Position numbers and translations under genes: made by a program
Notes under the pieces: model-generated
What the model was told of the DNA's origin: nothing
The model's database searches: none
The model's input: the letters and a program-made list of their open reading frames with translations, nothing else
Shown: in pieces, positions 1-11,630 of the stretch
How the letters are laid out: each line of letters starts with the position of its first letter
Numbering within the stretch: position 1 is the first letter of the stretch
Assembly (NCBI RefSeq): GCF_001194135.2
Contig: NC_068993.1
Span: 61,675,975 to 61,727,794 of the forward strand
Reading direction: 5' to 3'
From: Octopus bimaculoides
Lineage: Eukaryota
DNA: 51,820 nt

Positions 1-56
1 CCACGCCTGCGCCTATCTGTCTAGATGTTCGTTGCAGCATGCACGATTATACTTAC

Positions 57-228
57 TTCAATGCTACAATGACAATCAAACTTGGTGGAATAATTGAAGC
101 GTATAACAGATGTTGCCATTTAGGAAATACATATGCCACACCAGCGAGAATCATTGCTCCAATACCGAAAGTTCCATGCATGAGGTAATTCAAACGCATT
201 CTGTAGTTTTGGGTGACACATTCTTGCA
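57..228 (-). CDS. Gene C exon 5 (QECVTQNYRMRLNYLMHGTFGIGAMILAGVAYVFPKWQHLLYASIIPPSLIVIVALK)
   Basis: 172 nt, AG/GTAAGT, open frame. Confidence 0.92.
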
Positions 229-3200
229 CTGTTATATAGAAAAAGACATCAAGCTAAAATGTCTTAATATAATATATTACAAATACAAATAGGGGCTTCA
301 ATTTTTGTCACAAGGCCAGCAATTTTAGGGGATCCCAATGTTCACCTGGTTTTTATTTTATCAACACCGAAAGGATGAAAGGCAAAGTCGGCCTCGGCGG
401 AATTTGAACTCAGTTTTCAACCATCGGTTCAATCAAAGTTACACTTCACCAGAATTTGCAGCGTTTACCCTTTACTTGTTTCAGTCATTAGAGTGCGACC
501 ATGCTGGGGTACGGCTTTCAAGAATTTTTAGTCAATAGTATCGACCCCAGTACTTATTTTTGAAAGCCTGTTTATTCTATCGGTTTCTATTGTCGAACTG
601 CTAAGTTACAGAGACGTAAGCACACCAGCACCGATTTCAAGAGATGCTGGGGGACAAACTCAGATAGAAAGATACACACACATATGTGCATATATACGGT
701 GGTCTTGCTTCAGTATCTGCGTACCAGACCCATTCACAATACTTTGGTCGGCCTGAGGCTATAGTAGAAGACACTTGCTCAAGGTCTCACACAATGGGAC
801 TGAGCCCGGAACCATGTGGTCGGAGAAGCAAGCTTCTCGCCACACAACCACGCCTGCAGTTGTCTTGTCTCACAGTTATAAATTGATAATATCTCCATGT
901 TCATCGAAGGTCACGATGAAGTACTTTGTATTTCTTCCTTGTGACACATCACTGAATGCCTCTTTCATTACTCACCGATCCGTATCAGATATAAATAATA
1001 AACAATATTTACAGGAATGTCCCTTTCATTAAGACACCTTTATAGCCTTCCTCTTTTAAGGGCCATATGGAAAAACCAAATGTCTTTCGTACATTTCTTG
1101 ACCTGTACTGTGGTAGGGTTGTAAAAACTCCCAATCGTTTTCTTTTGCATGCATCTTTAGTTCACTTGTGGTAATGCCGGTAACTCATGTCTCACGTTGT
1201 CTCCGTTTCTTCATGAACCCCCACTTAATAGGCAAACGAATACACTGTTCTCGGTAGTATAATAATTTTTTTCAGATGGTTCTGCCGTAGTAAGAGAGCA
1301 CCAGGAAATATACCACTAGTGAATAGCAGACAATGTTTCAGATGTAGACAAAAAAAAGAAAACAACAACAAAAAGCCACGATTTACATGCTAAAACTATC
1401 TACTTTAGAAAAGGAGTAATCCAATGGGACTATATTTCTACTCTTCTGATGGTCTTGCTATTTTAAATCAACAAACAAGGCCGGATTTGGATACAAATGT
1501 TATAGAAAAACAATCAACCATCGTTTGTAAACGAGCGTCTTCAAGTTGTATAATCCTCATGATAAACTCGTAATACTAAAGCAAGCAGCAGATGAATTCA
1601 TCAGAGAAATGTATATGAAATAGAGATTAGAAACATACAACAGAATAACGTTCAACAGGTAAAAATTAAGAACGATATCCTGTTAGATACAGTCACAGAA
1701 ATAATAAGAGAATTCAACCAAACACAGATATCTGGGAAGTGTACAATATACAAATTAAAGAAAATATTACATAATAAAGGACATATTTGATGCTCCTACA
1801 ATATGAAATATTCGTGGGCTGAGTGTCATTGATCATAGATATATTTTTTAATTAGGGCTGACCATAGGCTACAAAGCAATCAATTNNNNNNNNNNNNNNN
1901 NNNNNNNNNNNNNNNNNNNNNNNNNNNNNNNNNNNNNNNNNNNNNNNNNNNNNNNNNNNNNNNNNNNNNNNNNNNNNNNNNNNNNNNNNNNNNNNNNNNN
2001 NNNNNNNNNNNNNNNNNNNNNNNNNNNNNNNNNNNNNNNNNNNNNNNNNNNNNNNNNNNNNNNNNNNNNNNNNNNNNNNNNNNNNNNNNNNNNNNNNNNN
2101 NNNNNNNNNNNNNNNNNNNNNNNNNNNNNNNNNNNNNNNNNNNNNNNNNNNNNNNNNNNNNNNNNNNNNNNNNNNNNNNNNNNNNNNNNNNNNNNNNNNN
2201 NNNNNNNNNNNNNNNNNNNNNNNNNNNNNNNNNNNNNNNNNNNNNNNNNNNNNNNNNNNNNNNNNNNNNNNNNNNNNNNNNNNNNNNNNNNNNNNNNNNN
2301 NNNNNNNNNNNNNNNNNTATATATATACATACCCACGCATTGTGCATTTGGACTGTGTGATTTTGTTTGGTAGAGTGGCATATTTCTTTACAACGCATGT
2401 AACTTGCTGGCGTAATCGTTTCTTCGAAAACTTTCAGATGATTGGGTGTTTCTTATTCTAATATTCCTTAAGTCTCTTCATGTTGTCTGTCGAGAGATTT
2501 TCCCTGGCCTTTCTGTAAAATTCGTATCGGTTTCGGTTCAGTTAGAAAGTCCACTGGGATTTTTCTCGACAGTGCTGTTGCGCTTGCGATAGCTGACTTC
2601 GGATTTTTTCGTTGCCATGGTGTATGTATAGTAATTTCCCTTGTGATATGAATTAACTTAATTTCAGTGTTGATTACTATTTCGATCTTCGCAGGAAAGG
2701 TTGTTTCTTTGTATTTACTCAAAAAAGATAACCATTTCTTTTGGCGAGGCTTGTACTAATGGCAAACATTTATAGGAGACTGTATTCACTAACCGGTAGA
2801 ATGAATAAACCTCTATGTCAACGTTTCTGGATTCGACGCCATGATGCTTATGTATATATATATATGTATCTGTGAATATATCTATATGTGTGTGCGTGTG
2901 TGCGTGTGTGCGTAGGTAGGTAGGTAGGCAGGAAGCCATAATAATAATGTTGGTTTCAAATTTCAAGGCCAGTAATTTCGGGGGGAGAGGGTAATCCAAT
3001 TACATTGGCTCTAGTGCTGAACTTGTACTTATTTCATCGACCTGAAAAGGATGAAATATGAAGTGGTTCTCGGTGGAATTTGAGCTCAGGACGAAAGGAC
3101 GGACGAAAGGACGGACGAAAGGACGGACGAAAGGACAGACGAAATGCCGCGAAGTATTTTGCACGGCTTGCTAACGATTTTTGCCTGTTCGCCACCTTAA

Positions 3201-3600
3201 TAATTATTATAATGATATTAGCATTCTGAATTGATCATTATATTGTTAGTAAAATGTAAGATTTGAACTTCAAAATCAGTTATTTAGTTAAAGATATATT
3301 TACAGCTATTGGATGCCATACTGACCCACAAACTACAAACTGACTTGCAATATGGTTAAAAGATCACAAACCATAGATCTATCATTGTTCAGACAAAACA
3401 CATAGTGCACCTGGTTGGCGTCTTAGAGAAAGTAAAGATTATATACTTACGCGTCTGAAAGTGTACCAAAAACTATATTTCCAACAAGAAATCCTGCAAA
3501 CATTGCTGACACCGCAATGTTTTTCAACCAGTTTCTTTCGCAAACCAAATCAAACTGAAGAAAATCAGAATAACATTTTAAACAGCGCTAATTATTAAAG

Positions 3601-3653
<53 letters not shown>

Positions 3654-6600
3654 TGTGTATCAAACATAGCAATATTTGCCGTGGGAGAACCTTTTATACA
3701 GGCGGCAATGTATATCCTACATTCAGTAGGATCTACATCGCCATTTGGAATTAATGCAGCTCCCGTCGCTAATATTTATATTTAGATAATTTAATTAAAA
3801 ATAGTGATAAGTTCATTGACGAATGTCAAACATTCTGAATGAACTCGAATTTGTCCTTAATTTAAAGAGCAGAAACGAAAATATGGTGGAAAATACTGGG
3901 GACCCTCGGAGAAAAGTAAATATTTGATTTTATATCTCTTCAACCTTTAAGATTAGTGAATATATTTATATATATATATTCCATGAAGGAATAAATTACA
4001 AACATTTCGTCAGCCGGAATCTATAGAAATATAGAAAGTGGACGACTTTATCTACATTGGTATCCCTAACCCACTTTGTTTATTTCTTTTCATTGCCGTA
4101 CATTTTAATCATTACAATTTTCCACTAAATTTCGTATTTCTTCTGCCACACGGAATTTTCTGTCTAGAAAATTTCCTTTCTCACTGCATAAATAATCATT
4201 AAATGCTGCAAACTGTGGAATTGTTTTTCGCAAAGATTTCCCTTTACGTTAATCAGAAAACTAAAATTTATCTACAACATCTACTGAAATTTCCGTTTAT
4301 TGAAATCACGATTTTATAAGACTTANNNNNNNNNNNNNNNNNNNNNNNNNNNNNNNNNNNNNNNNNNNNNNNNNNNATTACACGGTTCCTTTGTAGAATT
4401 ACTGGTGGGAAGGATATAAAACCCTTCTTTAGTATCCAGGTTATACACAGAGCATCTCTCATCTTCGACAGCTGCTTTGTTTAAGAATTCATCCAAGGTG
4501 ATATTTGGTGGAATCAAAGATTCATTGAAATTTGAAGGATAACAAGCAAACGGAACTCCCTCTCTTATAAACACCATTGTTAATATAGCTTGAGAGTGAG
4601 ATATTACAAAAATTAAAGTATAAATAGTAAGTTTCTTTTGAAATAAACCAAATCCACCACATTTCTTCAATATTTCTTCTGTAATTTCAGATACTGACAA
4701 ATCTAAAATTGAAAACAAAGCAAACATTCTTTCGTAAATAAATTTCAAATGAATCGTTATCATTTAACCTTTTGGGGTCGATAAAATAAATATCTGATGA
4801 GCATTGGGTTTGATGTAATCGATAGCCCCCAACCTCAAATTTAAGACCTTGTGCCTATAGTAGAAAAGATATTAATTACTAGCCTACTATAAGGCGACGA
4901 GTTGGTAGAAACGTTAGCACGCCGGACGTAATGCTTAGCGATATTTCGTCCGCCATTACGTTCTGAGTTCAAATTCCACCTAGATCGACTTTGCCTTTCA
5001 TCCTTTCGGGTTCGATTAAATAAGTACCAGTTACGCACTGGGGTAGATATAATCGACTTAATCCGTTTGTCTGTCCTTGTTTGTCCCCTCTGTGTGTAAC
5101 CCCTTGTGGGCAGTAAAGAAATAGGTATTTCGTTTGTCTTTACGTTCTGAGTTCAAATTCCGCCAAAGTCGACTTTACTTTCATCCTTTCGGGGTCGATA
5201 AATTAAGTACCAGTTCCGTACTGAGGTCGATCTAACCTACTGGCCCTCCAAAAATTTCGGCCTTGAGCCTAGAGTAGAAAAAAAAAAGAGTTACTAGCCC
5301 ACTATGGAGCTCACGCTTATTAAACCTTATTATTGACATAATCTCCGGTATTTACATAACTTTCTCTGGCGCGGTTTAAAAGTTTTTTTTTTAAATTGCA
5401 TCCTTAATATTTCCTCGGCGATTTCAGATATTAACTAATCTGAAATTTTAAATGAAACAAAATTTATTCTGATAATTAATTTGTAAGAAATATTAGTTTC
5501 TTAACAATTCTTTCTACAATAGGCACAAAACCGGAAATTTTAGATACCGGCTCCAATTTTAAAACTGGTACTTATTTTATCGATTTCGATGGAATTTGAA
5601 CTCAGCCGGAAGAAATGTCGCCAAGTACTATGTCCGGCGTGCAAACAATTCTGCCAGCGAGCCGTCTTATTTCCACTTAAGCCTTTCTCTTATAAGAACG
5701 AAGCCTGTAATATTATTTGGTGCGTTAATTCGATCACATCGATCCCAGTGTTCAGTTGATAGTTATGTTATCGACCCCCCCACCACAAAGAGATGAAAGG
5801 TAAAGAAGACTTTGGTTGGATTTTGAACTCAGAACATAACGAAATGCCGCTAAGCATTTTCCCGGAACGCCAAGGATTCCGCCTGCTCCCCGCCTTTCCT
5901 TATCTTAGTAACAAAGAATTGCAGTGTAACTTTGAGTAACCTAGTTTGTCTGTAATTAATACCAAAGGGGAAATTCTTACAGGAAGCAGTTTATTTTTTT
6001 TATTCCGGTTCTTTTTTTTATATTTCCAGGTTTTATGATTCAGCTTGAAAATCCAGACCGGATAGTTATGGACGCCGTTGGGAAGGTTTATCATTTCTAT
6101 ATAAATACGCTAGTGTATGTATCATGTGTTGCAATGGGGAAAAAGGGAGGTAAAGAGATAGGTCGAAATAGAGGGAGAAAGAAAGAAAGAAGGAAAGAAA
6201 GAAAGAAAGAGGGAGAGAAAGAAAGAAAAAGAGAGAGTGGTATGAACTTTTCTCTTTAACGAAAATGAAGTTTTAAAACAACAGAGTATTAAGCATTGTG
6301 AGAGCTTTACCAAATAATCGAACCATAACAGACAGTCCGTATTCCTAGCATAATTATAATATCGGCGGCATCGGTTAGATGTTCTTCAAGTGATATAGCA
6401 TTAATAAACGTTTAACTGAGGGTTGTTTATTCTTTCTGACTAGTGAGGATAAACAACCCTCAGTTAAACGTTTATTGATGCTACATCGCCCGAAGAAACG
6501 AATCCTTGAAGATGATCTACACTACGGATTACAAGATAATTACTGTTGTTATTACTATATATATATACATACTCCTACACCGACAACAGCACACACAGGT

Positions 6601-6817
6601 GAGCATACACATAAAAACACACATACACACACACATATAGAAACAAATATACGCACACATATACATTTATGTACATTCATTCAAACACAGAAAACATGAT
6701 GGCATTATAAAATGAAAAAAAAAAAAAATGAGAGTAAACGAAAATATTCAGACCTTTGAATTCTCCAACATCTAATTCCTCGTGTAATTCCTTTAAAACG
6801 CTTGGCTCATCCTCCAT
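57..6817 (-). CDS. SLC22-family gene C, 5' part (exons 1, 2, 3, 5 visible; exon 4 not visible; continues left of the window)
   Basis: Exons 6754-6817, about 4327-4702 (3' end in an N gap), 3451-3554 and 57-228 are homologous to gene B exons, with identical sizes where both ends are visible. Confidence 0.85.
291..415 (-). mobile_element. SINE family B fragment
   Basis: Matches the other family B copies (ggatgaaaggcaaagtcg...aatttgaactcag). Confidence 0.8.
471..858 (-). mobile_element. tRNA-derived SINE family A, near full length
   Basis: Shares head, body and tail with 30832-31228, 41512-41935, 43955-44392. Confidence 0.85.
2958..3200 (-). mobile_element. SINE family B with internal 12-nt tandem repeat (ggacgaaaggac)x4
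   Basis: Homology to the other B copies. Confidence 0.85.
3451..3554 (-). CDS. Gene C exon 3 (FDLVCERNWLKNIAVSAMFAGFLVGNIVFGTLSDA)
   Basis: 104 nt, AG/GTAAGT. Confidence 0.92.
4327..4702 (-). CDS. Gene C exon 2 (last ~50 nt in N gap)
   Basis: ORF 4323..4763. The 51-N gap fits the 48 nt of coding sequence plus the donor G expected from gene B; taagt follows the gap. Confidence 0.9.
4775..5285 (+). mobile_element. SINE family B: 3' half (4775-4875) plus full dimeric copy (4890-5285)
   Basis: Head aaggcgacgagttggtagaaacgttagcacgcc; the ttacgttctgagttcaaattcc unit is internally duplicated. Confidence 0.9.
5520..5897 (-). mobile_element. Two SINE family B copies (5520-5672, 5722-5897)
   Basis: Homology to family B, inverted relative to 4890-5285. 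Confidence 0.8.
6383..6496. repeat. Long inverted repeat (48-bp arms, 18-nt loop)
   Basis: 6403-6430 is the exact reverse complement of 6449-6476; the stem extends to 43/48 matches. Confidence 0.95.
6754..6817 (-). CDS. Gene C coding exon 1 (MEDEPSVLKELHEELDVGEFK+G)
   Basis: aacATGG, 64 nt, donor GTCTGA; aligns with gene B exon 1, including its flanks. Confidence 0.8.
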
Positions 6818-7367
6818 GTTACAATCAGTAGTTGTCTCGTTGCAATCTCTACTGAAAAACGCCGCCTAATGACGTGATTATGAAAACAGACTGGTTCATA
6901 CAATTATATTATGGAGCGTAAAAAACGAAAAAAGCGATAAGCTGACAGAATCATTAGCATGCCGAATAAATTGCTTATCGGCATTTCGTCCGTCATACGT
7001 TCTGAATTTAAATTCTGTCACAATTCGACTCGGTAAGACTAGGCAGCAGTGATAGAAGGGGGTCTAGTCAGGTTAAAACTCTTCAACTTTCAAGATTGCA
7101 GGGCAAGTCACTCACCATCAGGTCTTCTGACAGATTCTCATGTGCTGTGCCCACAATGCCGAGAAGCGGAGAATCGTTAAGCTCGAGTTACAGTCAAAAA
7201 GGTTTCTTTCTTCGCGGGTTGTAGGTACCAGCATCCTTGGTTTCTAGAATATCGCTCTTCTCTGTCAAATTAGAACGATATAGTCATGATTTTTTCCGTT
7301 TCGCTTTTGCTACCCTCCTGTATATAGAGTATAATTAAAACAAATCATTTAGCAGGACATACATACT

Positions 7368-7502
<135 letters not shown>

Positions 7503-7721
7503 GTGTCTATGAGTATCTGTTCGTCTCTATGTGGTCATGTGTTCGTGAATATCTAATTGTGAGTTTATGCAACTTTTGAGACGTGTAACAGTTTCTTATG
7601 TTTATCTGCCTTCGTGTCTGCCCATACATGTTAATATATCCATATATGTTAATACATGCATACATATATACATACATACACACACACATAATACATACAT
7701 ACATAATACATACCTACATAC

Positions 7722-7800
<79 letters not shown>

Positions 7801-7809
7801 TGTGTACAT

Positions 7810-8625
7810 ATACAAGATGCAGTCAATATATTGTCTGAATTATGCAAAAATGAAAATATCACTGACGTCTCATTTTAACAGATATATTTACCAAATTTAC
7901 ATAAAAGATATCTCGAAATACTAAAGAGTAAATTTATTCAATAAAATCGCCATTGGCTTCAACAACTGTCTCGAGACGACTTCGGAATCTCCTGCAACTC
8001 TTCTGGACGGTCTCCTTGTTGAAGTTGGTGAATAGTGACATAATCCTTGCCTTCAGTTCATCTTTGATGTTACAAGGAGTTTTGTTGGTCTCCCGCTCAA
8101 CTGCGCCCCACATATAATAATCAAGGGGTTGAAGTCTGGGGAGTTAGGTGGCCAGATGTTAGGAGTGATGTGGTTGCAAAAATTCTCTGACAGCCATGAC
8201 TGGCTTCTCCTACTTCCCCTGGCACGGTGCAGAGTCTTGTTACCAGGCCTAGGATTTTCCAGCAGCCACCCTTTTCACCCAGAGCAGCACTACTTCCCCC
8301 ACGCACTTGATGTAGGCCTCCGTGCTGAGTTTGAGGCCGTGTGGGAAGATGAATGGAGGCATAACGTCGCCATCACAAGTGATCACTCCAAACACCATGA
8401 TGTTGACTGGATGTTTGATCTTTATCACTCTCAGTACATGTCCTCAGATTGCACTGTCCTCAGATCGACACCCAAACACTTTGAAATATTCGTATCGGAG
8501 CTTGCGGCGTGAATACAAGCTGTACGGTACGTCGTTTCCAATTTTCTGGCAGAATGAATTGCGTCATGGTGCTGTTTTTCTCTGTATCTAGCGTGGTGGT
8601 ATCTTTTAGATACCCTTAATTATAA
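7810..8625 (-). mobile_element. Internally deleted maT (DD37D) Tc1/mariner-superfamily transposon relic
   Basis: The minus strand gives QDSAPC...WLSENFCNHITPNIWPPNSPDFNPLDYYMWGAVERETNKTPCNIKDELKARI...EANGDFIE, with a frameshift. D-to-D spacing is 37 once the frameshift is corrected. The N-terminus MTQFILPENWKR is fused directly to the IKHPVNIMVFGVI region. Confidence 0.85.
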
Positions 8626-8689
8626 TTTTAATAATAATTATTACCTATGTATGTATATAACTGTATAATCTGGTCGTAATCCGGTCGAA

Positions 8690-9310
8690 AAACGTTTCTT
8701 GTTGCGTAAAAGAAGGGAAGACGACACTTCAAAACGGCGTTTTTTTTTTTTTTGGTTGTCGTTCAATTCGTGCGGCACCCATTTCTCAAGTATTTTTGTT
8801 TTTCCAATCTCTTTCAAGTGGTTGGAAATTGTCGTATACGTTACGTCTAATTCAGAAGCAAGCTCTCGAACAGTTGTGCGTGGATTGGCTTCCACGAAAG
8901 CTCTCAGTTGATCGTTGTCAACATCCGATGGCCGACCACTACGCTTAGCATCTTCAAGACTCTCGTCACCGCTACGAAATTTCTTGAACCACCATTATGC
9001 TGTACGTTCATTAGTGGTTCCTGGGCCAAACACATCGTTGATATCGCGAGCTGCTTCAGTAGTTTTTCGGCCTAGCTTGAACTAGAATAAGAAAATTGTG
9101 CGAATTTGCATTTTGGGAATGTTGTATTCAACTTTCCGGAAAAAATGGCGTAATTATTCAAAAAGAAAAAGAGTAACACGATTAGATAGAGCGAAAACAG
9201 ACTTTAAAATGATGTATAAAGTCAAAGTAATTTAAGGAGAATTAATTTGAAAATACATCATTTAAAAACAAAATTAAACATTTCGCAAGAACTTTCTTGA
9301 CCACCTAATA
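8690..9310 (-). mobile_element. Mariner transposon 5' half (TIR plus DNA-binding domain), truncated before the catalytic domain
   Basis: GRPSDVDNDQL...ANPRTTVRELASEL...KWVPHEL; begins TA-TTAGGTGGTCAAGAAAG, typical of a mariner TIR. Confidence 0.9.
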
Positions 9311-9315
9311 TTTCC

Positions 9316-9800
9316 GACTCATCGATGGTGACACTGCTTGGCGACGTCTAATGCTTTTAGAAGCAAAGGTCTGGATATTGACCGGTAAAAGTCGACAATA
9401 TTAAACTGTATAAACTTGCAATTATGCTTATGGCTAATCCCTTTAAACCAATCTATTACTGACTTGCTATTATTCCAAATCCGTAAATTTAATTCACTAT
9501 CTAACTTAGTTAAAATACAATCTAAAATATATTTGCTAATAAAACCTATTTCAGTTTTAGCAGGATTAATCAATCTACATTTAGGGTTTCTATTAAAATT
9601 AGCTTTATGGTCTTTTAGGGTAATAAAAGGGTGGCGCGGAGGGAGATATTCTATCCTATCACTAACTTTAAGATTGTTAGCAATTCTTCTTGCCTCCAAA
9701 TTCACTTCTTTGTATATATTTGCGTTGTCTTCTTTGTATGTATCTGTGATGTTATTCGAAATTAGACGCTTTTAAACGTCCTTATCAACTGCATATAAGA
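9316..9800 (-). mobile_element. Penelope-like element, reverse transcriptase relic
   Basis: ITLKDHKANFNRNPKCRLINPAKTEIG...FIQFNIVDFYRSIS..LLLKAL matches Penelope-type RT motifs. Confidence 0.85.
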
Positions 9801-10689
9801 TCTTTGTCTTATCAAAGTTCACGAAGATCATATATACATAAACGTATAGATGTATGCATATTCCTATGAACATTCGTGTATGAGTATGTGAGAGAGTGAG
9901 ATAGTGGGAGGGAGAGAATGTATAATTATATAATTGTATAACAGTAAATAATAACCTCCCTGTTGATTACTCCATTATTTTCGCTAACGCTCATTGCAAA
10001 CAACTATAGTCTTATACCTGTAAAGTATAATCTGATTTGGGTTAATTTCATATGATCAAGTCTGACTAGATAGCACGTTCTGTCGTTGAACAACGTACTC
10101 TATTACATGATGCTGTATTCTGTTTACTTGACCATGGGTACCAGTCTGAAAGTAGTGCTGCTCTTTCTCTCCTCGGGTGTCACATTCTTGATATTTGGCT
10201 GGTACATGCCCAGGAGGGTCTGTTTCTGCTTGTGATTACATAGGCATGTAAAACAATGATCGTGCTAACTTGAGAGTGCCGAATGAACCGCTGGACTGAC
10301 TGATGGTCAGGTTGATGGATGTATAACTGACTATTCCGAGATCGTCTCCGCTGTTTACATCATCTTTCGTGTTGCTGTTTATTGGAATCAACGGATGACT
10401 GTACTATTAAGTTCTGTTTAGGTGAAACTTCTAAACATCAAAGTGCTAACATTTAAATATAAATAAAACGTGACAGTTGTACAAAATATTACATTACATA
10501 TAGAGTAAAAACACAACGGGGTAGACTTATCAGAAGGGACTATAATGAACGAGGGGGTTGTAGAAAGGAGACAAAAACAGACGATGTAGATGCAAAGGAA
10601 AGGAATGGAATATGAAATTTACACTCAAACACACGCACACACGCACACGCACGCGCGCACACACACACACGCACACACACACACACACA

Positions 10690-10870
10690 CAGTGTGCGTT
10701 GGGTAAAATCTCGCCAGTTTATATTTTTAATTTCGCGCATGCGCATTGTAAGATTTTGGTTTTGTTGATTACTCAGTATAGTAGAGTCAGTTGGGCACCG
10801 TCTGTGAGAAAAACAGCACCATGACGGACTTCTATCTTCCAGAAAACTGGGAACGGCATGCTGCACCAAC
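10690..10870 (+). mobile_element. 5' end of a second maT-like element
   Basis: gagaaaaacagcaccATGACG is shared with 8545-8585 in the opposite orientation and translates to MTDFYLPENWERHA. Confidence 0.65.
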
Positions 10871-11118
10871 GAAACATATTGCAATATGGAATATATATAC
10901 CTCTGCTATATATGCTATATCAACTCTCGTTCCAACATAAATTTCCGGATTATTCACACAAGGATTAATTTGCACGAATTTCTACACGGACATTTACCAC
11001 TGGAATGAAAATACACTTCAAGTACTGTTCTCTCTTTTTTCAGCACATCACACTCTTTACCACTTCATACTAAAAATATCCGCCTATGGATATAATAATA
11101 GATTACTTTATTTTTTCT

Positions 11119-11167
11119 GTCTCCGATGAAGGGATGTACTGGATCTTCCCAGAAACAGCTGTAAGAC
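11119..11167 (+). ncRNA. Minimal type I hammerhead ribozyme-like motif (Penelope terminal-repeat relic)
   Basis: gtct-CCGATGA-a-GGGA...TCCC-a-GAAAC-AGCT-GTA-agac: helix I 4 bp, helix II 4 bp, palindromic helix III ACAGCTGT, GUA triplet. Confidence 0.6.
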
Positions 11168-11569
11168 TCTATCCATAAAATTCTTCAACCTTACCTTTGC
11201 TCTCTTTATCTTTNNNNNNNNNNNNNNNNNNNNNNNNNNNNNNNNNNNNNNNNNNNNNNNNNNNNNNNNNNNNNNNNNNNNNNNNNNNNNNNNNNNNNNN
11301 NNNNNNNNNNNNNNNNNNNNNNNNNNNNNNNNNNNNNNNNNNNNNNNNNNNNNNNNNNNNNNNNNNNNNNNNNNNNNNNNNNNNNNNNNNNNNNNNNNNN
11401 NNNNNNNNNNNNNNNNNNNNNNNNNNNNNNNNNNNNNNNNNNNNNNNNNNNNNNNNNNNNNNNNNNNNNNNNNNNNNNNNNNNNNNNNNNNNNNNNNNNN
11501 NNNNNNNNNNNNNNNNNNNNNNNNNNNNNNNNNNNNNNNNNNNNNNNNNNNCGATTATTCAGTAGCCAT

Positions 11570-11630
11570 GATAAACCTCCGAGTTTCGGATGTCGGGGCG
11601 GAAATCCACGCCGGCATCTCTTCAGTTATC
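11570..11630 (-). ncRNA. Decayed hammerhead-like motif
   Basis: gataa-CTGAAGA-gatg...catc-c-GAAAC-tcggag-gt-ttatc; small indels near helix II and the cleavage site. Confidence 0.4.

Noticed and set aside
2400-2730. 84-aa minus-strand ORF with faint Tc1-like resemblance
   Set aside because: No diagnostic motif; cannot be supported without a search.
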